Positions 6,857 through 8,112 of a stretch of DNA of 8,112 bases are shown piece after piece. How positions within the stretch are numbered: the first letter of the stretch is position 1; each line of letters begins with the position of its first letter. This DNA is from Octopus sinensis. Taxonomy: Eukaryota. The position numbers and the translations under genes are program-made. The notes under the pieces are model-generated. The model worked only from the letters and a program-made list of their open reading frames with translations. It made no database searches and was not told the origin of the DNA. The stretch lies in contig NW_021828458.1 of assembly GCF_006345805.1 (NCBI RefSeq), positions 1 through 8,112 of the forward strand. The letters are read 5' to 3'.

Positions 6857-6910
6857 TATCGTCTGATGACTTTTTCGCATAAGCTTAGCATGAAACCTTC
6901 AGTTACGATG
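6857..6910 (+). ncRNA. Minimal type I hammerhead-like motif, probably defective
   Basis: CTGATGA (6863-6869), GAAAC (6892-6896), GTT (6902-6904), and stem I TATCGT/ACGATG. Stem II lacks the 10.1-11.1 closing pair. Confidence 0.25.
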
Positions 6911-6976
6911 TATTATCGATAACAGACTATTATACGCGCGCACATATTTATCTGTGTGTGTATAATGTATGTGTGA

Positions 6977-7225
6977 AGTCGCGTGTCTTATTGGTTAGGC
7001 TGTTACACTTATGATCGCTGGATCGTGGGTTCGATTCCAAGACAGGGCGGCGTGTTGTGTTCTTGAACAAAACACTTCATTTCACGTTGCTCCACCTCCT
7101 TTCAATCAGGAGGGGAGATGTGAGCCCGCTCGCACCCAGCCAGCGGGGGAGGCGACATTTGAAGGCATAAAATTATTCAAAAGCGCATTGTGACCAACGA
7201 TGTGTAACAACATCTGACGTATTAT
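6977..7225 (+). mobile_element. tRNA-headed SINE (distinct family)
   Basis: A-box-like TGTCTTATTGG (6984-6994) and canonical B-box GGTTCGATTCC (7028-7038). The body GTTGTGTTCTTGAACAAAACACTTCATTTCACGTTGCTCCA and the end GTGACCAACGATGTGTAACAACATCTGA resemble a common octopus SINE (recall). Confidence 0.72.
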
Positions 7226-7330
7226 AGAGTATTTAAAACAAGAACTGCCAATCTAAGGATGCAAGTTTCGTGGGTTATAAAAATTGAGCTCATTTGTTAC
7301 GTTCTATTTTCCATGAGCTTGCTTCTGCTT

Positions 7331-7424
7331 AATACACACACGCATACAGACACTCACACACCTTCTCTATCTCTCTCTAACACACTCACACACAACACAC
7401 ACACACACCACACACACACACACA
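7331..7424. repeat. Compound (CA)/(CT) microsatellite
   Basis: Read directly from the sequence. Confidence 0.9.
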
Positions 7425-7696
7425 GTGACAGGCGAAAATTTCACATGTAATTCGTAATTTAATTATGCTCTACAGCTGTTTCAATACTATAAAAACATCG
7501 TTTAATTACATAATTAACCTAAACAGTTAAAAGTGATATATTAGCCATATCTTCAGGAGAAAATATTTAAAAAAGGGCAACGAAGCGTGGAAATCCAGAT
7601 TCCGTTACTGTATTGGAGTTTAATGACGTGTTTATCAATTCTACTCTTAAATACCGTGAATATATTTTATGTTGCTTGTACATTAAATTCATTGTG

Positions 7697-7790
7697 TGCA
7701 TATACATACACACATAATACATATTCATATATATATATATATATATATATACATACATACATACATACATATACACGCGCGCAAACATAT

Positions 7791-7832
<42 letters not shown>
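7697..7832. repeat. Compound (TA)n-(TACA)n-(GA)n microsatellite
   Basis: Read directly from the sequence. Confidence 0.95.
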
Positions 7833-7835
<3 letters not shown>

Positions 7836-8112
7836 CCTACATATCGAAGCATGTCTTGTATTCTTATTGAAGATTTCATGTCATTATTACGATGAGCGTG
7901 TGAGAGAATGTCTCCTTCTTTCCTTGATTCGTGCCTACCATAATTTCATGTTAGAACTTCAATCACTGTCTCATGTCTTCGCCACTTTTCTCACGTGACT
8001 CCTTTCTTTCACTCTTTTATTCCCGGCAAGCTTTCATCTCGTTATCCATTCATGAATGTTTTCCTGCTGAAATTTTTTTAGGTTACTTTTGTTTTTCAGT
8101 TTTTAAAAATTC

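Noticed and set aside
6913-6922. TATCGATA (DRE) and multiple ATCGAT sites
   Set aside because: Most ATCGAT copies belong to SINE family A, and a single 8-mer is not evidence of a promoter.
6811-6944. Inverted repeat TGTGCGCGC...TATAAT / ATTATA.GCGCGCACA as MITE ends
   Set aside because: The arms are alternating purine-pyrimidine simple sequence, are gapped, and have no TSD.
6977-7050. tRNA gene
   Set aside because: A and B boxes are present, but there is no closed cloverleaf or acceptor stem and the sequence continues into a SINE body. The same applies at 4110-4180 and 5520-5590.

Overview
This is eukaryotic, microsatellite-saturated intronic or intergenic DNA. It is most likely cephalopod (Octopus-type); that rests on my recall of octopus SINE sequences, not on a search. 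No ORF in the supplied track is a credible gene, since nearly all run through simple repeats or SINEs. The window is a mosaic of three parts. (1) Degenerate copies of about four interspersed families: tRNA-derived SINE family A in two head-to-tail stacks, repeat family B in about five copies, and two further tRNA-headed SINEs. (2) A 133-bp hAT-type MITE with 15-bp TIRs and a perfect 8-bp TSD nested inside a SINE, plus an orphan hAT-like left end. (3) An 18-bp two-state minisatellite and many microsatellites. Three signals remain unexplained. A ~24-27 bp motif (GGAAA-KGCATGAACAHCACRAC) occurs four times in 816-1270 with unrelated spacers and once at 3967. Three short minus-strand exon candidates (39, 65/77 and 33 nt) can be spliced in frame. 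A minimal hammerhead-ribozyme-like core with a defective stem II lies at 6857-6910. I cannot demonstrate a complete novel system from this sequence alone; these are leads.
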